In this document: piece by piece, positions 12,102-22,454 of the stretch
How positions within the stretch are numbered: the stretch's first letter is position 1
Layout: each line of letters opens with the position of its first letter
DNA from: Escherichia phage vB_EcoM_ECO78
Reading direction: 5' to 3' (one strand)
Length of the DNA: 64,000 nucleotides
Sequence record: PP526941.1
Notes under the pieces: model-generated
Databases searched by the model: none
What the model saw: only the letters and a program-made list of their open reading frames with translations
What the model was told of the DNA's origin: nothing
Program-made: the position numbers and the translations under genes

Positions 12102-12958
12102 ATTGCCATTTTCCCTTTAATTGCTGGATGCGATTCATAATTTTCAAGGATAAAATCTTTCGGTTTCATGTATTCAGTTAACCAGTAAAGCTGTGTTTCG
12201 GTGTCACAATTTCCAAACTCTATAGGCCAATCAATTTTAAGTTCACATAGTTCTTTAGGCTCACGACGTAAAATTTCTTTACATTGCTCAGTATGATTCA
12301 TATAGATGTGAGTATTACCACCAGAAAATATCAAATCTCCTGGGATAAGATTACACATCTTAGCCACAATATGCGTCAAGGCAGCGTACGAGGCAATATT
12401 GAATGGCAAGCCCAAGAAAACATCTACACTTCTTTGGTACCATTGTAAATCAAGATAACCATTACGCACATTAAACTGATAGAACATATGACAGGGCGGT
12501 AATGCCATTTGATTGATTTCAGCTGGATTCCATGCTGAAACGATTTGACGTCGATCAGTTGGTAATTTTTTAATACGATCAATAGTTTCAACTAATTGAT
12601 CCACACCACCGAAATCACGCCATTGTTTACCGTATATAGGACCAAGTTCACCACTATGATATCCTAGGTCTTTAGCCTGGTTTTCATAGTTATCGTCCCA
12701 AATAGTTTTACCTTGAATAAGACTACCATGAGTGCGAAGACGTAAATCATTAACATTGGTAGAACCGGAAATAAACCATAGAAGCTCAGCAATGCATGCA
12801 TTCCAGGCGAGCTTCTTAGTCGTTACTGCAGGAAAACCTTTAGTTAAATCCCAGCGTAATTTAGTACCGAACAAAGCAATTGTTCCTGTGCCCGTTCGGT
12901 CATCGGTTTCATAGCCGTTTTCAAGAATGTCTTTAATTAAATCTTGGTATTGTTTCAT
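12098..12958 (-). CDS. td: thymidylate synthase, contiguous (no intron)
   Basis: 286 aa ThyA with catalytic PPCH motif in one frame. Confidence 0.95.
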   Translation of the reverse strand: MKQYQDLIKDILENGYETDDRTGTGTIALFGTKLRWDLTKGFPAVTTKKLAWNACIAELLWFISGSTNVNDLRLRTHGSLIQGKTIWDDNYENQAKDLGYHSGELGPIYGKQWRDFGGVDQLVETIDRIKKLPTDRRQIVSAWNPAEINQMALPPCHMFYQFNVRNGYLDLQWYQRSVDVFLGLPFNIASYAALTHIVAKMCNLIPGDLIFSGGNTHIYMNHTEQCKEILRREPKELCELKIDWPIEFGNCDTETQLYWLTEYMKPKDFILENYESHPAIKGKMAI

Positions 12959-13002
12959 TTAGCACCTTATATAAATTATAATACATTTTATGAAGCTAAT
13001 AA

Positions 13003-13350
13003 TCAATACGGTTTAGCATCAAATTTTCTTTCAATTTCAGGCGTAAAATACAATTCTTTACCACGCTTGGAAAAGCGACCAATAATATGATAATTATTCT
13101 CATCAAACGTGATATTGCCGATATCCATAGCTTTCAACCAAATATCGATATTTCTGTCAAGCTTTATATCAAAATTCCAATATGGAGAACTATTACCAAA
13201 AATACTACAAGCGGATTCAGTGAAACAACTGCTATAAATCTTGTCTTTAGGAACTACTAATTGATAGACACCTTTAATAAACTGAGGACCCTGCCATTTT
13301 GGTTGTTTCGCGTCTTTTTCTAATAGAATAGGGTAATAATTAAAATTCAT
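13003..13350 (-). CDS. hypothetical protein (115 aa from first ATG; 119 aa if GTG at 13362)
   Basis: ORF between frd and td; no recognisable motif. Confidence 0.45.
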   Translation of the reverse strand: MNFNYYPILLEKDAKQPKWQGPQFIKGVYQLVVPKDKIYSSCFTESACSIFGNSSPYWNFDIKLDRNIDIWLKAMDIGNITFDENNYHIIGRFSKRGKELYFTPEIERKFDAKPY

Positions 13351-13370
13351 ATTTTCCGCCACGTGTTATT

Positions 13371-14197
<827 letters not shown>

Positions 14198-14207
14198 ATT
14201 ATTTTCC

Positions 14208-14450
14208 TTAAACAGACTTTTTCACAATTTTCCAATCAACTTTAAACTGCTCGACGTCAGAATGGTAAATCCAGAATCCTGCGCTTTCTCCGTCTTCATA
14301 AAGAGGACATCCATCGCATTCATCTTCCCACCCCATATCGCGTAAAAGATGTTCAGCTTTTTCAACAAGTTCAGAATCTTTACCAATGATATTAAAATAC
14401 CATTTACCTCTAACTTCTGAATCTTTGATGCTCTGACGCTGTAATCTCAT
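14208..14450 (-). CDS. hypothetical protein (80 aa)
   Basis: ORF preceded by early promoter. Confidence 0.5.
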   Translation of the reverse strand: MRLQRQSIKDSEVRGKWYFNIIGKDSELVEKAEHLLRDMGWEDECDGCPLYEDGESAGFWIYHSDVEQFKVDWKIVKKSV

Positions 14451-14475
14451 TTTATTCTCCTTAGTTGATAGGGTA

Positions 14476-14505
14476 ATAGTATCACACTACTACCCTTCTG
14501 TAAAC
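14476..14505 (-). promoter_or_regulatory. early promoter (GTTTACA -35, TACTAT -10)
   Basis: Repeated promoter pattern. Confidence 0.45.
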
Positions 14506-14885
14506 TACTTTTTGAAAGTTTTTCGCAAAAGTTCAATGATTTCGTCGACGTTATTTTCGTCTACAATGCAGTGAATTTTTGTTACGCCAGAAACCTTGTC
14601 TTCGATTTCATCTTCTTCAGAAGTCGGTTCTTTATATTCACGAAAACAATGAAATTCATCTTCACAAATTTCTAAAAGTCTATCTTTGAGGTAAAAATGC
14701 TTTCCATTTGCGCATTCAATGTGTTTTACTGCTTTATATCCATTAGCGACGGAAACTTCTTTAACTTCAAACCATCCGCCATTATCTCGAATGGCTTTAA
14801 CTATTGATGAATTAGAACGTGGGCTATAATTAATAAATGTATCAATAAGTCTTGGAACAAGTTCATACTTTTTACCGGTATACAT
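14505..14885 (-). CDS. hypothetical protein (126 aa)
   Basis: ORF in frd-32 interval. Confidence 0.5.
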   Translation of the reverse strand: MYTGKKYELVPRLIDTFINYSPRSNSSIVKAIRDNGGWFEVKEVSVANGYKAVKHIECANGKHFYLKDRLLEICEDEFHCFREYKEPTSEEDEIEDKVSGVTKIHCIVDENNVDEIIELLRKTFKK

Positions 14886-14929
14886 TACGTTTTCCTCATT
14901 TTAATAGGGGCTTGATAGCCCCTTGATAA

Positions 14930-15157
14930 TTACTGTTCAATAAATCCTGTGTAAAATTCTACATCTTCAGCATCCATACCGTCGCAGTATTCATTAACCA
15001 TAAACTGTTTAAGACGATCTAAAGGACCTTCAATAACAACTGAAACATTACAATTAGGATCATTTAGTGCGCTTATGATACTAAGTTCAGGATAACGATT
15101 ACGAATAATTTCTTCAATATATTCAAAATCAACAACATCAATATCAATTTTAGCCAT
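14930..15157 (-). CDS. hypothetical acidic protein (75 aa)
   Basis: ORF downstream of conserved promoter at 15201-15230. Confidence 0.5.
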   Translation of the reverse strand: MAKIDIDVVDFEYIEEIIRNRYPELSIISALNDPNCNVSVVIEGPLDRLKQFMVNEYCDGMDAEDVEFYTGFIEQ

Positions 15158-15200
15158 ATTATTTTCCTCTTTAATTATCAGCAGTATTGCCGATAGTTGT

Positions 15201-15230
15201 ATAGTACCACAGTATGCTTTGGTTGTAAAC
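15201..15230 (-). promoter_or_regulatory. early promoter, member of near-identical extended repeat family
   Basis: About 70-nt block nearly identical to 32491-32560. Confidence 0.5.
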
Positions 15231-15249
15231 CGTTTTGTGAAAAATTTTT

Positions 15250-15280
15250 AAAATAAAAAAAGGGGACCTCTAGGGTCCCC
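15250..15280 (-). terminator. rho-independent terminator after gene 32
   Basis: GGGGACC...GGTCCCC stem (15262-15280) followed on minus strand by U-run. Confidence 0.6.
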
Positions 15281-15302
15281 AATTAATTAGTAATATAATC
15301 TA

Positions 15303-16211
15303 TTAAAGGTCATTCAAAAGGTCATCCAGGTCCGTGTCATCAGCACTAGATGAACTGCCAGAGCTTGAGCTCATAAAATCATCTTCAGTTTTTGTATTGA
15401 AGTCATCAACATTGAATGCATCCAAATCATCAGCAACTTTATCAGCTTTCTTAGCAGCAGTTGCTGCGGCCCCGCCCATCACAGCAGTTCCCATGACTTG
15501 ACCGAATTTAGTGCTCAGTTCTTCAAACGATTTGAATTTATCTTTAGAAGTCATTTCAGAAAGGTCAACCATTTGTTCGAACAGTTCTTTCTGGAAAGAT
15601 TCATCGTCAATGTTTGGAATCGCAGATTGATTCAGAAATTTAGATTCATCGTAGTTACTAAATCCAGAAACTTGTTTAACTTTCAGTACAAAGTTAGCAC
15701 CTTCCCACGGACAAGTTACATCAACCGGAGTTTCACCCATTTCAACATCAACTGCAATCATTGCATTGATTTTATCCCAAATTTTCTTACCGAAACGGTA
15801 TTTAAATACTTTACCTTCATTTTCTGGAGCAGCTGGGTCTTTTACAACAAGAATGTTAGCCCAGTAAGAAGTTTTACGTTTAACAAGACTGTACTCTTTA
15901 TTGTCAGTGTTGTACAGATCATTTTTACTGATGTATTGACATACTGGGCAAGAATCGTAATCACCGTGGGTAGATGAACAGTTTTCAATATACCATTTAC
16001 CATTTTTCTTGAAACCGTGATTTACAAGAATTGCGAATGGTGCTTGTTCATCATTTTTAGACGGAAGAAAACGAATTACTGCTTGACCGTTACCCGCATT
16101 GTCGAGTTTCAGTTTCCACTCGCCTTTATCTTCAGAAGAAAAACCACCTTTATTTCCAGCCAGTTTAGCCATTTGTGCAGCGAGTTCAGCAGTAGATTTA
16201 CGTTTAAACAT
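15303..16211 (-). CDS. 32: gp32 single-stranded DNA-binding protein
   Basis: 302 aa, sequence matches T4 gp32 including acidic Ser-rich C-terminus. Confidence 0.95.
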   Translation of the reverse strand: MFKRKSTAELAAQMAKLAGNKGGFSSEDKGEWKLKLDNAGNGQAVIRFLPSKNDEQAPFAILVNHGFKKNGKWYIENCSSTHGDYDSCPVCQYISKNDLYNTDNKEYSLVKRKTSYWANILVVKDPAAPENEGKVFKYRFGKKIWDKINAMIAVDVEMGETPVDVTCPWEGANFVLKVKQVSGFSNYDESKFLNQSAIPNIDDESFQKELFEQMVDLSEMTSKDKFKSFEELSTKFGQVMGTAVMGGAAATAAKKADKVADDLDAFNVDDFNTKTEDDFMSSSSGSSSSADDTDLDDLLNDL

Positions 16212-16310
16212 TTTTATTTCCTTTTTAATTTAATTAACAGTTGGTGCTATGACGATGTATGACCTCATAGCTGGTCAGTGAGATAATTATAATCTATTTA
16301 TAATAAGCAA

Positions 16311-16964
16311 TTAATACTTACAAGATTTCACAGTTTCAATGAAAACATTTTTAGCTTTCTGTGAATCAATATTTAAAATTTTTCTATAAGCCTTTAACTT
16401 TATAGAATAATTATTCCAGACTAAATTATCAGTCTGTTCATCATGTTTATCAATTATATTTAAAAATGAATCAAGCAAGATAAACGTCTCAAACGAAATT
16501 ATGTTCGATTGCAGAAGTTTAAAAATATAACTTGACTGAACTTTTGGATTATATTCAAAGATTTCTTTAAAAGCAGAAACTTCAACTTTTTTACTAAAAT
16601 AATAAATGTTGCGAATATCTTCTTCAAACTTAAATTTAATTTGCTTTAAGCGTCCGATATATTCACGATAAAACACAAGTGCATCAGCGTCAGAGATGTC
16701 ACCAATCCAAGCATCTTGGTTAGCAACCAAATTGCTTATAAAGATTAAAGCAAGTTCCTTTAATTTATATTTTTCTGATAACTTCTGGAAAAAATACTTA
16801 TCCCTTCGCTTTTGATAAGCGGCATCAGACACCCGCATGCACCAATTATACTTAATAACATCATACTTTCCATTCATATGTTGTTTTATCATTAAGTATA
16901 ATTTATAAACTGATTTACCATCAATGTATCTTTCACCACCAGCAGGCATGCGGAGTTTAATCAT
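16311..16964 (-). CDS. 59: gp59 helicase loader (217 aa)
   Basis: Size, sequence and position between 32 and 33. Confidence 0.9.
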   Translation of the reverse strand: MIKLRMPAGGERYIDGKSVYKLYLMIKQHMNGKYDVIKYNWCMRVSDAAYQKRRDKYFFQKLSEKYKLKELALIFISNLVANQDAWIGDISDADALVFYREYIGRLKQIKFKFEEDIRNIYYFSKKVEVSAFKEIFEYNPKVQSSYIFKLLQSNIISFETFILLDSFLNIIDKHDEQTDNLVWNNYSIKLKAYRKILNIDSQKAKNVFIETVKSCKY

Positions 16965-17299
16965 AGTAGAAAATCTAATGTATTAGTTTTTTCACAACGA
17001 ACAACAGAAGGACGTAAAAGATTTTCGTCAATAGCTTCTGACTGAATTTTTTCAATTATACCCGAAGGAATAAATTTAGCAAATTGAGTTTCAGGAATAG
17101 AGTTTTCTTCCAAGAATGCTGTCGTAGCTTCAAGATAACTCATTCCAAACTCTTCTACCATTTTTTCAATAATAAATCCATTTTCTTGACGATCAAGAAG
17201 CTTTGCTATTTCATCCTTTTCTTTCTTGATTGAAAGTTCTTTTTCTGAAAGACCGGTCTCATCGACCGGACGAATATCATTTAGAGAAAACTGTGTCAT
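16961..17299 (-). CDS. 33: gp33 late transcription co-activator (112 aa)
   Basis: ATG at 17297-17299 (track used upstream TTG); MTQFSLNDIRP matches T4 gp33. Confidence 0.85.
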   Translation of the reverse strand: MTQFSLNDIRPVDETGLSEKELSIKKEKDEIAKLLDRQENGFIIEKMVEEFGMSYLEATTAFLEENSIPETQFAKFIPSGIIEKIQSEAIDENLLRPSVVRCEKTNTLDFLL

Positions 17300-17546
17300 A
17301 AAGTTCAACTACCTCTTCAGTTTCAGCTTCAAACACATCACGGTTATCTTTATGATACAAAGCTAACAGACGATTAAACATCTTACCATCAACGCCAAGT
17401 TCATCTTTGGCACGAATTCGAATATCTTTAATCAATTCATTATAACCAGAAATTTTCAGTTTATGATCAGATGCTTCTTTAATAAATTTAGCCAAGTCTT
17501 CGCCATGGATAGCTTCATCAAATTCAACCATTTCTTTTTTAGCCAT
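17277..17546 (-). CDS. dsbA: DsbA double-stranded DNA-binding protein (89 aa)
   Basis: Size, sequence and position between rnh and 33. Confidence 0.85.
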   Translation of the reverse strand: MAKKEMVEFDEAIHGEDLAKFIKEASDHKLKISGYNELIKDIRIRAKDELGVDGKMFNRLLALYHKDNRDVFEAETEEVVELYDTVFSK

Positions 17547-17554
17547 TATTCACC

Positions 17555-18472
17555 TCAAAATTCATTAATGCTATTAGTTAATTTAGAAAGACCCGCTTTT
17601 ACAAAATATGAATAAATTTTGCCACGCGGTGGTAATTTATATGAATTATAGTAATTCACAATGTTTGAAGCAATATTATCAGGAATATAATCAAAATCAA
17701 TTAGAACTAAATTTTCTTTATAACGATTATATTCAGATTCTGTGAGAAGCACCTTAGCTTGCTCACGGTCATTAGCAATAGCTTCAACGATTGAAGTTTT
17801 CATTGAAGGAGTTCGTTCACCTTCAACTCTGGTAAACCAAAAGTCAGATCGTACTTTAACTGAAGCAACGTTATCCTTTTTGTCGCCTTTAAGGATTTTA
17901 GTCATACAGTCAATTTCAGCAGAACCGCTTTTAATTTTAACCCATTTCTTATGCATCGGTGACCATTGCTTAACATTTGGATATTTGTGAAGCTGTGTAA
18001 AGTCACCATCCGACGAAATGATTAAAATCTTATGTCCTTCTAAAGAGAACTTTTTAACAAGAACAGCAATGTGGTCATCTGCTTCATACTTATCAATATC
18101 CATAACAATGTATGGCATATAAGCTTTCAATTCATCTATAACTTTATGGCTGGATTCAAAATAACCTTCCCAGTCCCAAGTAGATTCTTCTCGTGCTTTT
18201 CCACGGTTTTTCTTATAATAATACGCAAAATCACGACGCCAATATCCAGATTTCGCGTTATCAATACACAACACGATTTTAGTGTATCCAAGCGTTTTTG
18301 CTTTTTTGACATTAAACTTAATTGAGTTCAATATCAAATGACGAACCATTGATAAATTAATTTTTTCTTTATCTGGGAAGTTTACTAAAGCAGTTGAAAG
18401 CGCAATTTGACTAAAGTCAATAAAGCAAATTCCCTCTTTGTAATCTTCATCCAGCATCATTTCTAAATCCAT
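17555..18472 (-). CDS. rnh: RNase H / 5'-3' exonuclease (FEN family, 305 aa)
   Basis: ATG at 18470-18472 (track start is TTG); MDLEMMLDEDYKEGI matches T4 RNase H. Confidence 0.9.
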   Translation of the reverse strand: MDLEMMLDEDYKEGICFIDFSQIALSTALVNFPDKEKINLSMVRHLILNSIKFNVKKAKTLGYTKIVLCIDNAKSGYWRRDFAYYYKKNRGKAREESTWDWEGYFESSHKVIDELKAYMPYIVMDIDKYEADDHIAVLVKKFSLEGHKILIISSDGDFTQLHKYPNVKQWSPMHKKWVKIKSGSAEIDCMTKILKGDKKDNVASVKVRSDFWFTRVEGERTPSMKTSIVEAIANDREQAKVLLTESEYNRYKENLVLIDFDYIPDNIASNIVNYYNSYKLPPRGKIYSYFVKAGLSKLTNSINEF

Positions 18473-18534
18473 ATGAACCTCGTTCAATTAGTGAGATTTC
18501 TATTATATACCATCCGAATCTTAAAGTAAACAAG

Positions 18535-18542
18535 TATAAATA
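18535..18542 (+). promoter_or_regulatory. late promoter TATAAATA for gene 34
   Basis: Exact motif 35 nt upstream of gene 34 ATG. Confidence 0.7.
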
Positions 18543-18576
18543 CTTATTATTGAAAACACAATAGGAGCCCGGGAGA

Positions 18577-21500
18577 ATGGCCGAGATTAAAAGAAAGTTC
18601 AGAGCAGAAGATGGTCTGGACGCAGGTGGTGATAAAATAATCAACGTAGCTTTAGCTGATCGTACCGTAGGAACTGACGGTGTTAACGTTGATTACTTAA
18701 TTCAAGAAAACACAGTTCAACAATATGATCCAACTCGTGGATATTTAAAAGATTTTGTAATCATTTATGATAACCGCTTTTGGGCTGCTATAAATGATAT
18801 TCCAAAACCAGCAGGAGCTTTTAATAGCGGACGCTGGAGAGCATTACGTACGGACGCAAACTGGATTACAGTCTCATCTGGTTCATATCAATTAAAATCC
18901 GGTGAAGCTATTTCGGTTAACACTGCAGCTGGTAATGACATCACGTTTACTTTACCATCTTCTCCAATTGATGGTGATACTATCGTTCTCCAAGATATTG
19001 GAGGAAAACCTGGAGTTAACCAAGTTTTAATTGTAGCTCCAGTGCAAAGTATTGTAAACTTCAGAGGTGAACAAGTACGTTCAGTACTAATGACTCATCC
19101 AAAGTCACAGCTAGTTTTAATTTTTAGTAATCGTCTGTGGCAAATGTATGTTGCTGATTATAGTAGAGAAGCTATAGTTGTAACACCAGCGAATACTTAT
19201 CAAGCGCAATCAAATGATTTTATCGTACGTAGATTTACTTCTGCTGCACCGATAAATATTAAACTTCCACGATTTGCTAATCATGGCGATATTATTAATT
19301 TCGTTGATTTAGATAAACTAAATCCACTTTATCATACAATTGTTACTACATACGATGAAACGACTTCAGTACAAGAAGTTGGAACTCATTCCATTGAAGG
19401 CCGTACAACGATTGACGGTTTCTTGATGTTTGATGATAATGAGAAATTGTGGAGATTGTTTGACGGGGATAGTAAAGCGCGTTTACGTATCATAACGACT
19501 AATTCTAATATTCGTCCAAATGAAGAAGTTATGGTATTTGGTGCGAATAACGGAACAGCTCAGACAATTGAGCTTAAGCTTCCAACTAATATTTCTGTTG
19601 GTGATACTGTTAAAATTTCCATGAATTACATGAGAAAAGGACAAACAGTTAAAATCAAAGCTGCTGATGAAGATAAAATTGCTTCTTCAGTTCAATTGCT
19701 GCAATTCCCAAAACGCTCAGAATATCCACCTGAAGCTGAATGGGTTACAGTCCAAGAATTAGTTTTTAATGGTGAAACTAATTATGTTCCAGTTTTAGAG
19801 CTTGCTTATATAGAAGATTCTGATGGAAAATACTGGGTTGTACAGCAAAATGTTCCAACCGTAGAAAGAGTTGATTCTTTGAATGATTCTACTAGAGCAA
19901 GATTAGGCGTAATTGCTTTAGCTACACAAGCCCAAGCTAATGTCGATTTAGAAAATTCTCCGCAAAAAGAATTAGCAATTACTCCAGAAACATTAGCTAA
20001 CCGTACTGCTACTGAAACTCGCAGAGGTATTGCAAGAATAGCAACTACTGCTCAAGTGAATCAGAACACCACATTCTCTTTTGCTGACGATATTATCATC
20101 ACTCCTAAAAAGCTGAATGAAAGAACTGCTACAGAAACTCGCAGAGGTGTTGCTGAAATTGCTACGCAACAGGAAACTAATGCAGGAACCGATGATACTA
20201 CAATCATCACTCCTAAAAAGCTTCAAGCTCGTCAAGGTTCTGAATCATTATCTGGTATCGTAACTTTTGTATCTACTGCAGGTGCTACTCCAGCTTCTAG
20301 CCGTGAATTAAATGGTACGAATGTTTATAATAAAAACACTAATAATTTAGTTGTTTCACCTAAAGCTTTGGATCAGTATAAAGCTACTCCAACACAGCAA
20401 GGTGCAGTAATTTTAGCAGTTGAAAGTGAAGTAATTGCTGGACAAAGTCAGGAAGGATGGGCAAATGCAGTTGTAACGCCAGAAACGTTACATAAAAAGA
20501 CATCAACTGATGGAAGAATTGGTTTAATTGAAATTGCTACGCAAAGTGAAGTTAATACAGGAACTGATTATACTCGTGCAGTCACTCCTAAAACTTTAAA
20601 TGACCGTAGAGCAACTGAAAGTTTAAGTGGTATAGCTGAAATTGCTACACAAGTTGAATTCGACGCAGGCGTCGACGATACTCGTATCTCTACACCATTA
20701 AAAATTAAAACCAGATTTAATAGTACTGATCGTACTTCTGTTGTTGCTCTATCTGGATTAGTTGAATCAGGAACTCTCTGGGACCATTATACCCTTAATA
20801 TTCTTGAAGCAAATGAGACACAACGTGGTACACTTCGTGTAGCTACACAAGTTGAAGCTGCTGCAGGAACATTAGATAATGTTTTAATAACTCCTAAAAA
20901 GCTTTTAGGTACTAAATCTACCGAATCGCAAGAAGGTGTTATTAAAGTTGCAACACAGTCTGAAACTGTGACTGGAACGTCAGCAAATACTGCTGTATCT
21001 CCAAAAAATTTAAAGTGGATTGTGCAGAGTGAACCAACATGGGCTGCTACTACGGCGATAAGAGGGTTTGTTAAAACTTCATCTGGTTCAATTACATTCG
21101 TTGGTAATGATACAGTCGGTTCTACACAGGACTTAGAGTTATACGAGAAAAATAATTATGCAGTATCACCATATGAATTAAACCGCGTACTTGCTAACTA
21201 TTTGCCATTGAAAGCAAAAGCTGCAGATAGTAATTTATTGGATGGTCTAGATTCATCTCAGTTCATTCGTAGGGATATTGCCCAGACAGTTAATGGTTCA
21301 CTAACCTTAACCCAACAAACGAATCTGAGTGCCCCTCTTGTATCATCTAGTACTGCTACGTTTGGTGGTTCAGTTTCGGCAAATAGTACATTAACTATTT
21401 CTAACTCTGGAACAGCAACTCGTCTGATTTTTGAGAAAGGACCTCAAACTGGAACTAATCCAGCGCAGACGATGACTATCAGAGTTTGGGGAAATCAGTT

Positions 21501-22446
21501 TGGCGGCGGATCAGATACAACACGTTCTACTGTATTTGAAGTTGGTGATGAAACGTCTAATCATTTTTATTCTCAACGTAATAAAGCTGGTAATATAACG
21601 TTTAGCATTAATGGTACTGTGATGCCAATAAATGTTAACGCTTCAGGCACGTTGAATGCGAATGGCGTTGCAACATTCGGTCGTTCAGTTACAGCCAATG
21701 GTGAATTCATTAGCAAGTCTGCAAATGCTTTTAGAGCAATTAGTGGTGATTACGGATTCTTTATTCGTAATGATGCTGCTAATACCTATTTTATGCTCAC
21801 TGCATCCGGTGATCAGACTGGCGGATTTAATGGATTACGTCCTTTGGCTATTAATAATGCATCTGGCCAAGTAACGATTGGTGAAAGCTTAATCATTGCC
21901 AAAGGTGCTACTATAAATTCAGGTGGTTTGACTGTTAACTCGAGAATTCGTTCTCAGGGTAATAAAACATCTGATTTATATACCCGTGCACCAACATCTG
22001 ATACAGTAGGATTCTGGTCAATTGATATTAATGATTCAGCTACTTATAACCAGTTCCCAGGTTATTTTAAAATGGTTGAAAAAACTAATGAAGTGACTGG
22101 ACTTCCATACTTAGAACGTGGCGAAGAAGTTAAATCTCCTGGTACACTGACTCAGTTTGGTAATACACTTGATTCGCTTTACCAAGATTGGATTACTTAT
22201 CCAACGACGCCAGAAGCACGTACCACTCGCTGGACACGTACATGGCAGAAAACCAAAAACTCTTGGTCAAGTTTTGTTCAGGTATTTGACGGAGGTAACC
22301 CTCCTCAACCATCTGATATCGGTGCTTTACCATCTGATAATGCTACAATGGGAAATCTTACTATTCGTGATTTCTTACGAATTGGTAATGTTCGCATTGT
22401 TCCTGACCCAGTGAATAAAACGGTTAAATTTGAATGGGTTGAATAA
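18577..22446 (+). CDS. 34: gp34 long tail fibre proximal subunit (1289 aa)
   Basis: Length identical to T4 gp34; GGAG RBS; internal degenerate repeats. Confidence 0.95.
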   Translation: MAEIKRKFRAEDGLDAGGDKIINVALADRTVGTDGVNVDYLIQENTVQQYDPTRGYLKDFVIIYDNRFWAAINDIPKPAGAFNSGRWRALRTDANWITVSSGSYQLKSGEAISVNTAAGNDITFTLPSSPIDGDTIVLQDIGGKPGVNQVLIVAPVQSIVNFRGEQVRSVLMTHPKSQLVLIFSNRLWQMYVADYSREAIVVTPANTYQAQSNDFIVRRFTSAAPINIKLPRFANHGDIINFVDLDKLNPLYHTIVTTYDETTSVQEVGTHSIEGRTTIDGFLMFDDNEKLWRLFDGDSKARLRIITTNSNIRPNEEVMVFGANNGTAQTIELKLPTNISVGDTVKISMNYMRKGQTVKIKAADEDKIASSVQLLQFPKRSEYPPEAEWVTVQELVFNGETNYVPVLELAYIEDSDGKYWVVQQNVPTVERVDSLNDSTRARLGVIALATQAQANVDLENSPQKELAITPETLANRTATETRRGIARIATTAQVNQNTTFSFADDIIITPKKLNERTATETRRGVAEIATQQETNAGTDDTTIITPKKLQARQGSESLSGIVTFVSTAGATPASSRELNGTNVYNKNTNNLVVSPKALDQYKATPTQQGAVILAVESEVIAGQSQEGWANAVVTPETLHKKTSTDGRIGLIEIATQSEVNTGTDYTRAVTPKTLNDRRATESLSGIAEIATQVEFDAGVDDTRISTPLKIKTRFNSTDRTSVVALSGLVESGTLWDHYTLNILEANETQRGTLRVATQVEAAAGTLDNVLITPKKLLGTKSTESQEGVIKVATQSETVTGTSANTAVSPKNLKWIVQSEPTWAATTAIRGFVKTSSGSITFVGNDTVGSTQDLELYEKNNYAVSPYELNRVLANYLPLKAKAADSNLLDGLDSSQFIRRDIAQTVNGSLTLTQQTNLSAPLVSSSTATFGGSVSANSTLTISNSGTATRLIFEKGPQTGTNPAQTMTIRVWGNQFGGGSDTTRSTVFEVGDETSNHFYSQRNKAGNITFSINGTVMPINVNASGTLNANGVATFGRSVTANGEFISKSANAFRAISGDYGFFIRNDAANTYFMLTASGDQTGGFNGLRPLAINNASGQVTIGESLIIAKGATINSGGLTVNSRIRSQGNKTSDLYTRAPTSDTVGFWSIDINDSATYNQFPGYFKMVEKTNEVTGLPYLERGEEVKSPGTLTQFGNTLDSLYQDWITYPTTPEARTTRWTRTWQKTKNSWSSFVQVFDGGNPPQPSDIGALPSDNATMGNLTIRDFLRIGNVRIVPDPVNKTVKFEWVE

Positions 22447-22454
22447 GAGGTATT

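Noticed and set aside
15498-15977. 159-aa plus-strand ORF
   Set aside because: Lies entirely antisense within gene 32, whose protein I recognise; AT-rich antisense frames are commonly open. No RBS.
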